64,000 nucleotides of DNA from Haliotis rufescens. Lineage: Eukaryota. Under the pieces are notes generated by a model. That model ran no database searches. It saw only the letters and a program-made list of their open reading frames with translations, and had not been told where the DNA came from. Below, piece after piece: positions 41,001 to 52,741 of the stretch. The stretch lies in assembly GCF_023055435.1 (NCBI RefSeq), contig NW_025963779.1:34658001-34722000 (forward strand). Direction: 5' to 3'. Position 1 is the stretch's first letter; each line of letters opens with the position of its first letter. Made by a program: the position numbers and the translations under genes.

Positions 41001-41884
41001 AGTTTGTTCAACTCAACCATTTTGTATATTGTCAAATGTACGTTAATCCTTTGTTTATTCAATTTGGATGTAGCCAGTTCCTGACTTCTTGTCCAAAGCA
41101 TAGATAATCTATTAGTATCATTCTAGCGAATAGTGAGAATTTCGACATTTTGAATTAATTGCAGGGTTGGCTGTGTTTCAGGTGGTAAGCTTGGGCTTTC
41201 TTCCGTCTGACACAAACATATACAACACAAAGGGCTAGATATTATTTGAACAAAGTTTTATTCACAAAACAGAACATGAACTGCAACAACAAATACTTTT
41301 TTTTTCTGAAATAACACCATGAAAATTTCCACATTAACTTCTATGATTTTAGTAGAATTAGATTTTTTTTTACATATTGTAATTGTATATCATAAAAAAG
41401 TATAACGTGCAAACTAAAATCAAGTAGATATTTTTGAGAGATTGGTCTCCATTTAAACTTTCGCATCTTCTTCACTGCATAATGTTCATCATAAAATTGA
41501 CAAATGTAAGCTTATGTAAGTTTCCCCATGCCCAGTCTTGAAGGAAAGTAGTGTTCCATCAGGTAGTATCCTATTTATATTCTTGTATCCAGCACATCCA
41601 GGTGGCAGTACAAAATTTCCATTCATGCAGATGTCACTATCACAACAAGGCGTGTAATACCATCAACGGGTGTCCAAGTCCAGCAAAGGAACAACTGCAC
41701 CTCCAGGTGATCACCAGCCAGCATAAACTCCAATCCTGTCACTGACACTGTCACTATCACAGAAGTGTTTTGGGTGCCCGATCAGTCAGCAGCATCTCTT
41801 GCCCTTTCCTCAGCCACTCAGAGGGACAAATGCAGCCCTAGGTGATGGCATCCCAAATGCTGGGGGAGGGTACTGCCAGCGAGA

Positions 41885-43864
41885 TTATCCCCCTTGCGAC
41901 ATCGACTCGACCTTGAACCCTGTCACCGAGTACTGAGTGGGTCGTGTGGCCATACCACCGTAATAGGCCACCACGTGACTCAGGGAAGGGAACCTCAGAA
42001 GACTCGCCTTCCCATCAACGTCAGTGGCGCCCAAAACATCCTTGGCATGGCTGTCCACAACCACCCAGCCACCAGCAGGGTTCTGCAGCAAGGCCGAGCT
42101 TCTGCCGTTAAAGGTGATAACTGCTCCCTGGCAGTCCTGGGCATTGAACACCCTCCCCACCGCATCCCCGAAATCCCTGAGGGGCTGACCTGGCATCCAT
42201 TCCCAGGTCAGCTGGCTCCTTAGGGAGTTCGAGTCCATGTTGCCAGGGTACAGTAGTCCCTGCATTTCGCTTACTCGGCTGCACTGGACAGGCCATCTCG
42301 ACTGGGAGTCTTCAGGCTCCTCCAACATCTCATCTGCTGCCAGATGTTTGCTGATAGGAGCCTTACTTCCCATCGTGCCGAGCATGGTGTCATGAAGACG
42401 GTCCCCTATGACGAGGACACTGTCCAGTGTGGCTGGAGTCCAGAGACCCACAGGGACAACCGAACTGGCAACAATGGCGGTAAATGCCATCGAGGTGCAT
42501 TGTGTGCCAGCATGCCTTGATCTGAAAGATACAGCACAATTAAGAACCTATTGAAACTTATTTAAAGTAACTTGAGATGAATCATGTTTAACATATAACA
42601 GTATGTCTACAATACTATATACAATGATGACATTAAATATATATATGTCTTGAAACAGAATCTACTGGCCGTAACAATAGTGATGAAAGTTGTATGTATG
42701 GATCACTGATGACTGATGACAACTATGTTTCTGTTAGAAATGATGGTATTTCTTATAAGTTACAATGATTTAGCTATAACAGTCGACTTACGGGCTCCAC
42801 ACTTCTGGAATATGACCTTGGTGGAAGTGTCCGTGGATAGAGTATCTGCATTCAGGCAGACTGGACACTTCCACCGTGTCCTTGACCTCTGTAGCTGACT
42901 GGCTAGACGTGGGTGGGAGTTCACTACAGGTTTGGGCTGCGTGTGCAGACCTTGATGGGAGAAGAGGGTGTTGCCCGGCCGGGGCACCACACCCACACAC
43001 TCCAGCTCGAGGGCCTATGTTGTAATCCCCTGGGGTGGGGGTAAGGAAGCCCTTTAAGTCCAGAGTAGGCTTCTGTGACCTTTAATATAAAGAGAAAAAA
43101 CATTTAGGTCCAAAGCAAGAACTTAAACTGAAGGAACGGCTTCAGACACTGACAAAAACGCCAGAACTATTCTTGTTGAAACTACAACATGTCAGGTATG
43201 GAGAATGGCCTACGATTTTTGTCTTCTGTCTGTATTCTAACTGCTACCCAAAATATAAAAAAAGAATTTTACAGTTTACTCAAACTCGAAAATAAATATG
43301 CTGAGTAACATGGCAAATAAGACAATGAAGGCACGAATAGTTAGCCAGTTTCATACAGAAGTATAATCATACACACAATAATTAACCTCTTACCCATTGA
43401 AAGAGCTTGATGCAAGTGCTTTTCTCTGTGTCTTCTTGTAATGGTTAACCTCGTCATCCTTCAAATCAATCAGCTTAACGTCAGTTACGACATAGAAAAA
43501 TACATAAATTTTTACTGTCTGTGTAATGTGTAACGTGTACCCCCACTTCTAATGTGCTGTTGATTGTTTGATTAAAAAAAACCTGGGGTCAGTCAGTAAG
43601 AGAGATTATCACAGATTGCTATTGGTACATTAATTATTTACAAGTTATTAAGCCTAGCCCATATCATAAAAGAAAGACCGCCCCAGTGATCGGCGCGCCA
43701 ACGTGTACACGACCTTATTTGCGCAACAAAACACTGAAAAAACACTGACACACACTATTACTTACAGCTACTCGAGATGTACGCCAGAATCTCCGGGCCT
43801 GTCGAGAACACCACTTCCTGAGTCTCCGGAAGTACGACTGGGGAATGTGGATCTTACACGCCAT
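41885..43864 (-). CDS. Viral-tegument-like deubiquitinase (VTD / herpesvirus peptidase C76-like cysteine protease), 4 exons, 382 aa
   Basis: Exons 43864-43766, 43518-43394, 43079-42792 and 42521-41885. Introns are GT-AG, phases 0/2/2 are consistent and there are no stops. The spliced protein gives SIHGHFHQGH...SRHAGTQCTSMAF...WTPATLDSVLVIGD...HLAADEM...VVVDSHAKD..G...DGKASLLRF, which fits the G-x-F-H-Q-G / G-x-Q-C / D-S-H pattern of this family. Exons 3-4 are better supported than exons 1-2. Confidence 0.8.
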
Positions 43865-43945
43865 TTAGGCCAGAAACAGATTTACCAGTGTCAGAGCTGC
43901 TGCATAATCGAACGTCCCGCTTGGCAACTCAAGGCAACAATCGCG

Positions 43946-43968
43946 TGACGTCATGAGGAACAGCCAAT
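43946..43968. promoter_or_regulatory. CRE palindrome TGACGTCA and CCAAT box upstream of the VTD gene
   Basis: TGACGTCA at 43946-43953 and AGCCAATCA around 43964, 80-100 nt upstream of the predicted ATG (minus strand). Confidence 0.45.
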
Positions 43969-44228
43969 CAGTGTCCATCACCAAGGGCTGTTCATACTCC
44001 ATACAGCGACAATAGAGTAACTAACGGTGCAAGGAATTCTTATCAAAGATCTAACCATTTTACTGAACGATCGATGAGACATTACACATACTTCCTTACA
44101 AAGAGTATTTTATCTCTCACGTATTGAATATTCTATGTCAATTACAATTACACAACTGCCATCTATTCAAACTACCACTGAGAGTAGATTAGAAAATAAA
44201 CCCAAGTATATTCTTGTAAAGTTGCAGT

Positions 44229-44412
44229 TGTAAAGTACATATCTACGGTTATAACGAACTCAAATGGACCATTAATTTTAGTTCGTTATAACCGTAGTTC
44301 GTTAATAGCATATATACAACATCTATACAGCAAGTGGCAGGGACCAAAAATTAAGTTCGTAATAACCGTCAGTTCGTTATAAGCGTGTTCGTTATAAACG
44401 TATTTTACTGTA
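44229..44412. mobile_element. Pogo/Tigger-like MITE
   Basis: Multiple GTTATAACGAAC / GTTCGTTATAA inverted motifs. The right end is ...TTTTACTG|TA. Confidence 0.6.
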
Positions 44413-47400
44413 TAATGTGTGAGTGAGTTGGGTCAGCCGCTTCTCTTTTCTCATTGACTGTACCTGCTATGTCCTACTCACTGTACTGGGGAACAGGAGC
44501 TTCATCCAAACTAGGATGAAGATATATTGTCCCGCTCAAGCAAAGTATAGGAACACATAACTGATGAACCCCCCAAATTTTATTGGAAGGTTATTCGAAG
44601 TAGGTAAATAACATTACCGTATAGTTTATTTTTCCACGCATTTTAAAGCCATTGTGATGACGTCACGGTATTGATCTTGCAGTTGATTCTGAACCAGGAA
44701 TTCACTGGCCATTCTGAATGAGTATTTTCAAGTAAAACTGCCGCAACGAAAGTTCATTATGCAAATATTTGGAGAAATTATGTATTAACCATTACATGAT
44801 CAAGTCAGAAAATCACTCGACACGGTTGATAGAATAATTCTACTCCCGGAATCAACCGATTCTCATGATTTCTACATTACGTAATTTTTTTTTTCCGTCT
44901 TTAAGCTGATACAGCAACCGTTAAACTAGGAATATATATCATAATAACCAAGTCAAGATCTTCTGCAATCGAGCACATGCACATGTGGAAAGTGTCTCGA
45001 TTCACATCGTGACCCATTTTAGCTTATATGTTAGTGGCATGCGACACTTCATATACCTGGAAGTGTAACGGAGTTAATGGCGAAATTAAGATAAAAACAT
45101 AAAACCATTAATACCTCTTTATATCAATAACACCTCGGCCTTAATTAAACACACACCTGTGTGTCAATAGGTGTAATATTTGTTAGCATTTGGTGTTTGT
45201 GCGTGTACACAGTGTTACAAAACTCATGTATTATATTTTTCAATTGTATGTTTTTTTGTTGTATTTTGTATTTTTTAAATTATTTTAGACAATTTAAGAA
45301 ATAATTTTCAATTTATTAATGATATAATAAGCTAGACTTTGCTCCAGTCTAATATCGTGCACGAACAGCTCCAGTCGAGTTTAGTTGGTCAGGCTCGACA
45401 TAAAGGTCTTTTTTTACTGTACACAAATAGGCAGGGAGTGCAATAGTGCATTGTGGTGCCATATATATAGGCCTATGCATGTTATATCCGATCCGATCCG
45501 ATTATAAATCAGACCTTGGGGGTCTGAGGCTGAATTCATCTTGACATTATCACATGGTTGCAATATTGCTGACTGTGGTGTAAAACAACATTCACTCACT
45601 CGATCACTCGTCCTCCTCAGTGCATGTCATTAAAGTTAATTGTCTCTCGTTTTTTTAAAAATCCCTGCTTTTACATTAAATGCACACGGTGTTTTGTACA
45701 ACAGGGACCTATTTCCTATGTATATCACAAATAAAACGAGCTAGACACTAAACCAGCGTTATCTGCGCGTGGCTCTATCACGTTCTTGGAGTGGGTATTC
45801 ATCACGGAAATGGCGTCTTAATCGGATCTCTATTGTTTCCTTGTCTGCTCTAAGACTCACGTCACCGGCTTCACGTGATTGCCCACCTTGAAACTACAGA
45901 AAAATTATGACAGATAAAAATTGAATTAAAACCAGATAATAATATGTGACTTTATTTTCCGAAATTGGATTTTGGCGTTTCATGTCCGCAAAGAGTTTTC
46001 CTGCGAATATGATAAATGCCACCGCGAAGTGAATTATACAGTTTAACATAGACCTGCTAGATTCTACGACAAACGAAGTTGTCACGACTTAACAAGCTGC
46101 AAAAACACACACATTAGGGACAACCTCGAAAGTATCTTTGACAAGCGTCACGGCCGTTTTATCGACGTTACGTCACACATTCATATCAAGGGAAGTAATT
46201 CTAATGTCTCATTGAGTGTATGAGTCGGAATTATGGTACGAATATTTAATGGTGCACTTACGGCTCTGTCTGAACGTCCCACTACACGGTGACCCGCATT
46301 CTCTCCATTTAACATTTACACTGAACCCTTGGTCACATTACGTCCTATTTGCAACACCTCGATATCTTTACATAGACACAGTGAGTTTCTTCTAACGTTT
46401 GTTCGTTGTGGAAATTTTGATGAAAGTCGTGATCCCAGCTTGGCACGGTTGGTACTTGGCGATTGTTGAGGGTAGGTACCAAACTATCGAGGACTTGCCT
46501 ACAGTTTAAGCAATATGACTACTTTATATGTATAGTGAAAGGGTTCACGGGTTCGCGTATTTGTACAAAGCGGTTGGGTGGTCTGCGTTTGTCTCTCATT
46601 CTTTCTGCCCCCAAATTCAAGTTTGTGGTAGTATTTTTTATAGTGGTGGAAAAACAATGAAACTCCTTTAATCCGGTCGGTACCGTGCCCAGTGAGTGAG
46701 TATGGGTTTACGCCGCTTTTAGCCACTAGGCTGCAGAGTGAGTGAGTTAGTGACTCAGTGAGTATTATAAATATACCAAATGAATCAAGGATCTGACATT
46801 GCATATTATCCGGTTTCCACCCCGCCTGTGCCAAGAAAGTCATTTACTACATCACAAGTGTCTGGAGTGTGTGAGTGAATGAGTTGTTAGTGCACCAACA
46901 AGCATTTCACGAAGTGCCCATCAAATCTCTATACACTTCTCTCCCCGCTCTATGTTACTGTCGGTGGACACAGCTCGCAGAACCGTTACAGATGACGGAG
47001 AGGGACGACTGACCCGCCTAACTACGTGAGATCACCATCAGCAAACGTCGTCAATGCTGCAGCAAACATACCAGGGCATCGTGACATTCTCCGAGTTTAA
47101 TATACTGTGTCCCTAGGTGGACTAACAAGTGAAGGAGGTGGTCTTAGCTTGAAGGGTAAAGATTTATACCATCCTTCAGGTTAAAAGGTTGAATAGTGTA
47201 CAAGTCGACAAACTCCGAAGCTATGACGGTACCTACGGCCTAGACGTCTAACATACAACATATACTATATGTACAGTGTATGTATGCATATATCAGCAGT
47301 CTTTACTTGTATTTCATTTAATTTTCTAATTTGAGTAAGTCATGATCATGACCTGTGGCGCTTTGCATCTCGACTCATTGACATCATTGAATGGTTACGT

Positions 47401-48196
47401 TCGACGTCATAGTCGAAGGCGAACAATTATTATTTCCGACAACCTTTCTTGAACTTCTATTTATTGCACAAAACAACAGTTTAAAACCAATGTCTACGAA
47501 GTTTTTAGCTTTTGACACATCTGCTAAAGGCGTGGAAAGGTCTTGATCTAGTAAACCACTTTATAAGGGGCTGAATTTAAGAGTTTAATCACAATGCTTT
47601 GTTTAGGGCCTGAACACACCTATTTCGTCGTTGTAACACAACGATAGGTCTAGCGTTAAACAGCGACAACACGAGGAAAACTGCTAGTGTGTGAGAGTGG
47701 ATTGTCGACCTCCCAAACTCCATTGTCACTATATTGCCGGAAGCCTGATTTGTGTGACGAACATTCACTTGTGTTCGCAAAGCTACAATGAGTGATTGAC
47801 ACTTGGATGCAATCAGTTGAATTGTTTTCCAAAGCGGGTTAGACATGTACAAAATAGCACTGGACCATTAATTGGTTTTGTTTGGCAGGGTTAATATTAA
47901 AGCGTTCGTGGATTGATGTGGCAGTTCTACGTATGCAGCAATGTTCTTTTGTACACATCAGAGCTGTGGTTTAGGACATTTTTCAATGCTTCTCTGAGGT
48001 GTCGAAACACGGTTCGCAAAACCATTGGTATATTTTCAGGGCGACGCAGAACTTCACATGTACTGACTTGGAAAAAGTTAGGCCTTGATCGTAAGTGGTG
48101 GGAGTGGTCCAATGGTTCATGCTTTGGATTGACACGAACTAGAGATGGAAGCACAGTTTAAGACCCATTCATAGTAGCCCCGTTCATTAGTTAATA

Positions 48197-48362
48197 GGGG
48201 CGGTCGGGTAGCCTAGTGGTTAAAGCGTTCGCTCGTCACGCCGAAGACCCGGGTTCGATTCCAGACATGGGTACAATGTGTGAAGCCCATTTCTGGTGTC
48301 CCCCGCCGTGATATTGCTGGAATATTGCTTAAAGCGGCATAAAACCATACTCACTAACTCAC
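48197..48362 (+). mobile_element. SINE family A copy
   Basis: Near-identical to 35283-35448. Confidence 0.9.
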
Positions 48363-49625
48363 ATTATTAAATAAGCGTATTGAAAACTGGGGCACGTGTG
48401 GCACAGTGGTTTAAGGCGACACAAAACACGGTGTGTAGCATTGTGTCTTTTAGCTATCAGGGTCCCCATGGGAATTCAGGGTTAGAATAGGCCCCAACCT
48501 ATGCTGGTCGTAAGGGCCGACCAAATGGATCGGGTGGTCATGCTCGTCCCGACATGCGTTACACACCCCTATGCCCTTTTACCCCCACCCCAAACACATG
48601 TATACCTTTCAACTATATAGACCAGTGTACTGCATAAGAGAAGTCTACTGCAGCAGTGGTCTGACATGACAACAATCCATGCCTTCGAGGTACGAAGCCA
48701 GTCTGACCATCCAATACATTATAGCGCCCCTCACCACAAGCATTGGTTCCTGTTGACCTATTCTAATCCGGCTTAAATGCAAGCCACTCTTATTTCCTAA
48801 TGTTAAACTTATGCCATAACTGACTGGATTGACAGTGGCGGATCCAGGAGGGTCGGGTGAGGGTAAGGGGTCCGCTGCAAAACCATTACCTAACATGATA
48901 AAATGATAATTTGGTTGTTAAAGTAAAATTGATAATGGATTTCATGTCGCGTTTGTGACGCAAGTGGACTCCTCACCCAGTTAAAGTATGGGACTTACGA
49001 TCACCTTAGCGCTAAGATCGCTTTGAGGAACGGGGCACAGGATCCGTCCCTGATTGACGTCAAACAATGCAAGTTACATGGGCACCATTAGGACGCACTG
49101 ACCCCGGTAATTTACAATTATGTCGTGAGCGTTCCTGAAAGGATGCGATGTCCGCCTCAAATACCAATAAAAGTTGACGAAACTGGTAAACTCAGCCTTA
49201 ATTCTGGCGCAGCTTCACATGGTGTCGAGAAGGGTGGGAGGGTCCGGCGGTCGTTGACTAATTGACTGACTGTGGCGCAGTGTCAACTTCTCCGCGGCAA
49301 CTTCGCCCGGGTATATTGGTTGACAAGCACTTTAAACATGACCGCTCGGTTTGGATGTCATAATTCGTGTTGACTTGACACCCGATGTAAACCAAACCTC
49401 GTGTTTTGCCGGGTGTCGTGAACACATCTGCTTTTTCTCTAGGCAGTTTTTGTCGACGCCTAACTTGAATACTCCAAACCGTGGACAAGAGACTTGACAA
49501 ATCGTTAGTGAGTCATCGAACATTGTTCTACCCTGCGGTGTTTCTGCTGTATCCCAGCAGTCAATCAGTCTGGTGCAATCAAACCGGAAGTTGGTGGTAG
49601 GAGGAATGTTGCTCACCACCGTGGT

Positions 49626-49899
49626 TTGTTTGTTTGTTTGTTTGTTTGTTGTTTAATGCCGCACTCGGCAATATTCCAGCTTTATGACGGAGGTCTGTAA
49701 ATAATCGAGTCTGGACCAGACAATCCAGTGATATATATTATGAGTATCAATCCACGCAATTGGGAAGATGACATGCATCAACCAAGTCAGCGAGCCTGAC
49801 CACCCAATCCCGTTAGTCACCTCTTACGACAAGCATAGTCTTTTACGGCAAATATGGGTTGCTGAAGATCTAATCTACCCCGGATCTTCACGGGTCTCC
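49626..49899 (-). mobile_element. Non-tRNA-headed short retroposon family B, full length, (CAAA)n tail, 10-bp TSD
   Basis: CCACCGTGGT at 49616-49625 and 49900-49909. Other copies lie at ~11515, 18248, 23033, 30075 and 34575 (minus) and 52366, 53880 (TSD CATCAGGCGA), 57071 and 61990 (plus). Confidence 0.88.
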
Positions 49900-50287
49900 C
49901 CACCGTGGTACGATCATAAACAGTGTTGAGACACACATCCTAACCTACTATGCAGAATACAATGTAAATGTAGATTAGCATTTATAGTCAGATTTAAATT
50001 CTAGTTTTGAAGGATTATTTCGGCATTATTAGTATTACTTGTTTACTTGCTTTGTTCGGATGAAAACATGGCGAATAGCTGCGAAAGGCTCTCTCACATA
50101 CTCACTCACTCGCTCGGCCGCCCGCTCACCAATACACCCACCCACACCAAAACATATACCCACACACTCACTCACCCAACCACTCTGTAGCTAGTTTAAT
50201 CAGTCAAGAGTGGCCGATTTGATATACGATCTTTATTCTTGCATTTGGTACCCGGGACAACAACTGAATCCTCTACGGGTCATTATT

Positions 50288-50862
50288 GGTGAGTGAGTTG
50301 GGTTTAACGCCGCTTTTCACAGTATTCCAGTTATATCACTGCGTGTCAGCCCAATGTGGGAGGAAAATCCGAAGTGATGCAGGTCTCAGACGTTTATCAG
50401 TTTTGGTGAAACCCATGGGCACAGGTATGGTGCTGACAAACCTAGAAACACAGTCGGGGCTAACCGGGACTCGAACCAACGACCACAGGTTTCTGGCGTG
50501 TCCAAAGGTCGCAACTCTGCATAGCGAATCGCGGCGCCTCAGGCGACTGGGCCACCCGTGCCCCCGGGTCATTATTAGTGAGTGAGTTGGGTTTAACGCC
50601 GCTTTTTACAGTATCCCAGTTATATCCAATTCACTCACTCACTTATAATGGCTCGGGGAGGAAAGCCCGAAGTGATGCAGGTCTCAGACGTTTACCACTT
50701 CAGTGAAACCCACGAGCACGGGTATGATGCTGACAACCCTAGAAACATAATCGGGGTGAACCGGGATTCGAACTCACAATCATAGGTTCCTGGCGTGCCC
50801 AAGGGACGCAACTCTACACAGCGAATCGCGGCGCCTTAGACGACTGGGCCACCCCGGGTCAT
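50288..50862 (-). mobile_element. Tandem pair of SINE family D (tRNA-Leu-like head) with a small internal inversion
   Basis: Head GGGTGGCCCAGTCGTCTAAGGCG...GAGTTCGAATCCC and (ACTC)n tail. CGGGTCATTAT recurs at 50276, 50565 and 50855. Another, deleted copy is at 27611-27805 (+). Confidence 0.8.
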
Positions 50863-51184
50863 TATCAAATGATGTTACTGTTTATGAACCTTTAAAAGTA
50901 ACATGAGTTTTAGTTTTGACGATTCAAATGAAAGAATAAGTACTAATGTTAAGATCTCATGAGAGCGATCAATACTGTATATACCACTGGCGTCTAGATT
51001 TTATCCCAAAGGGAGGTAACTGATTGTAACTGTAAAGCAACTGGTCATTCAAACTCCATGATCTATTTTCTGACCAAAGATAAACAGTTCACAGGCGTTA
51101 TTCCGTCAAATACTACTTCGTATACCTGTGATGCGCAAAAATGGCTTGTCCCCTTCAATCCCCCACACGGTGTCTGTCATCTTG

Positions 51185-51347
51185 CATCTGATTGGCTGAG
51201 ACAGGGTCGAGAGGGCGTGACGTTCCAGAGTACTTAATAGGCTTAAATAGCTCGACAAGCAGAATGAAGAGTATCGCAGTTCCCGGATACCTTTAACGAC
51301 GGAGTTTACTGGAGTGGGTTTTGTTGTTTAAGACCAAGTGCTACAAG
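51185..51347 (+). promoter_or_regulatory. Probable chitinase promoter and non-coding exon 1
   Basis: GATTGG (reverse CCAAT) ~51190, GGGCGTGACGT ~51213, TATA-like CTTAAATAG ~51242 and donor AAG|GTAAGA at 51347/8. An acceptor TTTCAG lies at 52733, just before the ATG exon. Confidence 0.5.
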
Positions 51348-51659
51348 GTAAGAATACACGCTTTAACGTATTTTTGTTATTTTTACATACTTGGATTATT
51401 TTTATTCAACGGTACCAAACAAAATCTTGTGAAATGAAAATATCACAAGATTATTATTTTTATCATTGCTTATAGCAAAATTGGTATATAAATGCAAGCC
51501 ATTTGGCTACAAGGCACATCGCCATGTAAATATGAAACCGATGCAGCTATCGTAGGACAAAACATGTACCTTGGTATAAATGATATATTTCAAATAAACT
51601 CAGATATTTATTATTTTCAATCAAATGGGAAAGTAGCCACTGTAATATCATTATTGCTC

Positions 51660-51820
51660 GGGGGCGGTGGGGCAGCCTAGTAGTTAACGCTTTCGCTCGA
51701 CACGCCGAAGACCCTCGTTCGATTCCCCACCTGGGTACAATGTGTGAAGCCCATTTCTGGTATCCCCCGCCGTGATATTGCTCGAAAATTGGTAAAAGCG
51801 GCTTTAAACCATACTCATAC
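51660..51820 (+). mobile_element. SINE family A copy with TSD CATTATTGCT
   Basis: Same head, body and tail as other copies, with a 10-bp direct repeat on both flanks. Confidence 0.85.
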
Positions 51821-52741
51821 ATTATTGCTAACACAAGCCTCGCGTTGAAATGTCCAACTACCTCTGAATAATGTACGTTAATGTAACAAAGGTTACACAA
51901 ACCAACTGGCCCCGTGTCCCCGAAACCCGTTGATGAAAGTTGCAGAAAGAAAATGTTTAGACCAAATGTCAACTTAAATTTGTAGAATTCTGAGAGTGAA
52001 TCACTGGGTTAACCCGTATACTTATATACGTAAACACTTTAACCTTTTAAACAAGTTTTCTTACGCCGTGCAGTGTTTGTTACAAAAACGTGTTACGCAC
52101 CGTTGTTACATTAGTATAAGTCAAGCCCAATATAATTAGTTGTTGTACAGATACAACCCCTCCTCCTGTAACTATTAGCTGTAAATAACTGTTTTCAGTT
52201 ACCATTTATCTGTATTTACCTTAATATGGAGTTTTTGGCTATGTTTGTTTTCTCCTACTCGCAACGATTTGACTGAAACTATATAGTCGGGGTACGGGGG
52301 ATGTGGCATTTATGTTCAACGCTTTCCCAAAATGCCAGTAACCATGTTTGTTGTATGAAATGTGGCATTAAGAGGCGACCAACGGTGGTCAGGCCCGCTG
52401 ACTTGGTTGATGACTTAGGGCAACTGCTCATGACATCAATCACTGGATTGTCCGGTCCAGACTCAATTATTTACAGACCGCCGTCATATAGCTGGAATAT
52501 TGCTGAGTGCGGTGTTAAACAACAAACAAACAAATCGTTTGCTGGAAATGCTGTTTTCATGCTTGTTGTCCTGAGAGTGTTGATGAAATATCATGTCTAC
52601 CTTTACACACCATTCTCTCGACTCTGTACACTTTCATTTATAAACTAACACTGTATTAACGGGGGAATGTAATTATTATGATAATTATACAGCATTGTCT
52701 CATTCTCGGTTTTTTTCTATACGTTTGTTTCAGGTTCCACC

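Noticed and set aside
41885-42490. Endogenous herpesvirus insertion
   Set aside because: Only one virus-related domain is present, it has spliceosomal introns, and there are no capsid, terminase or polymerase genes nearby.
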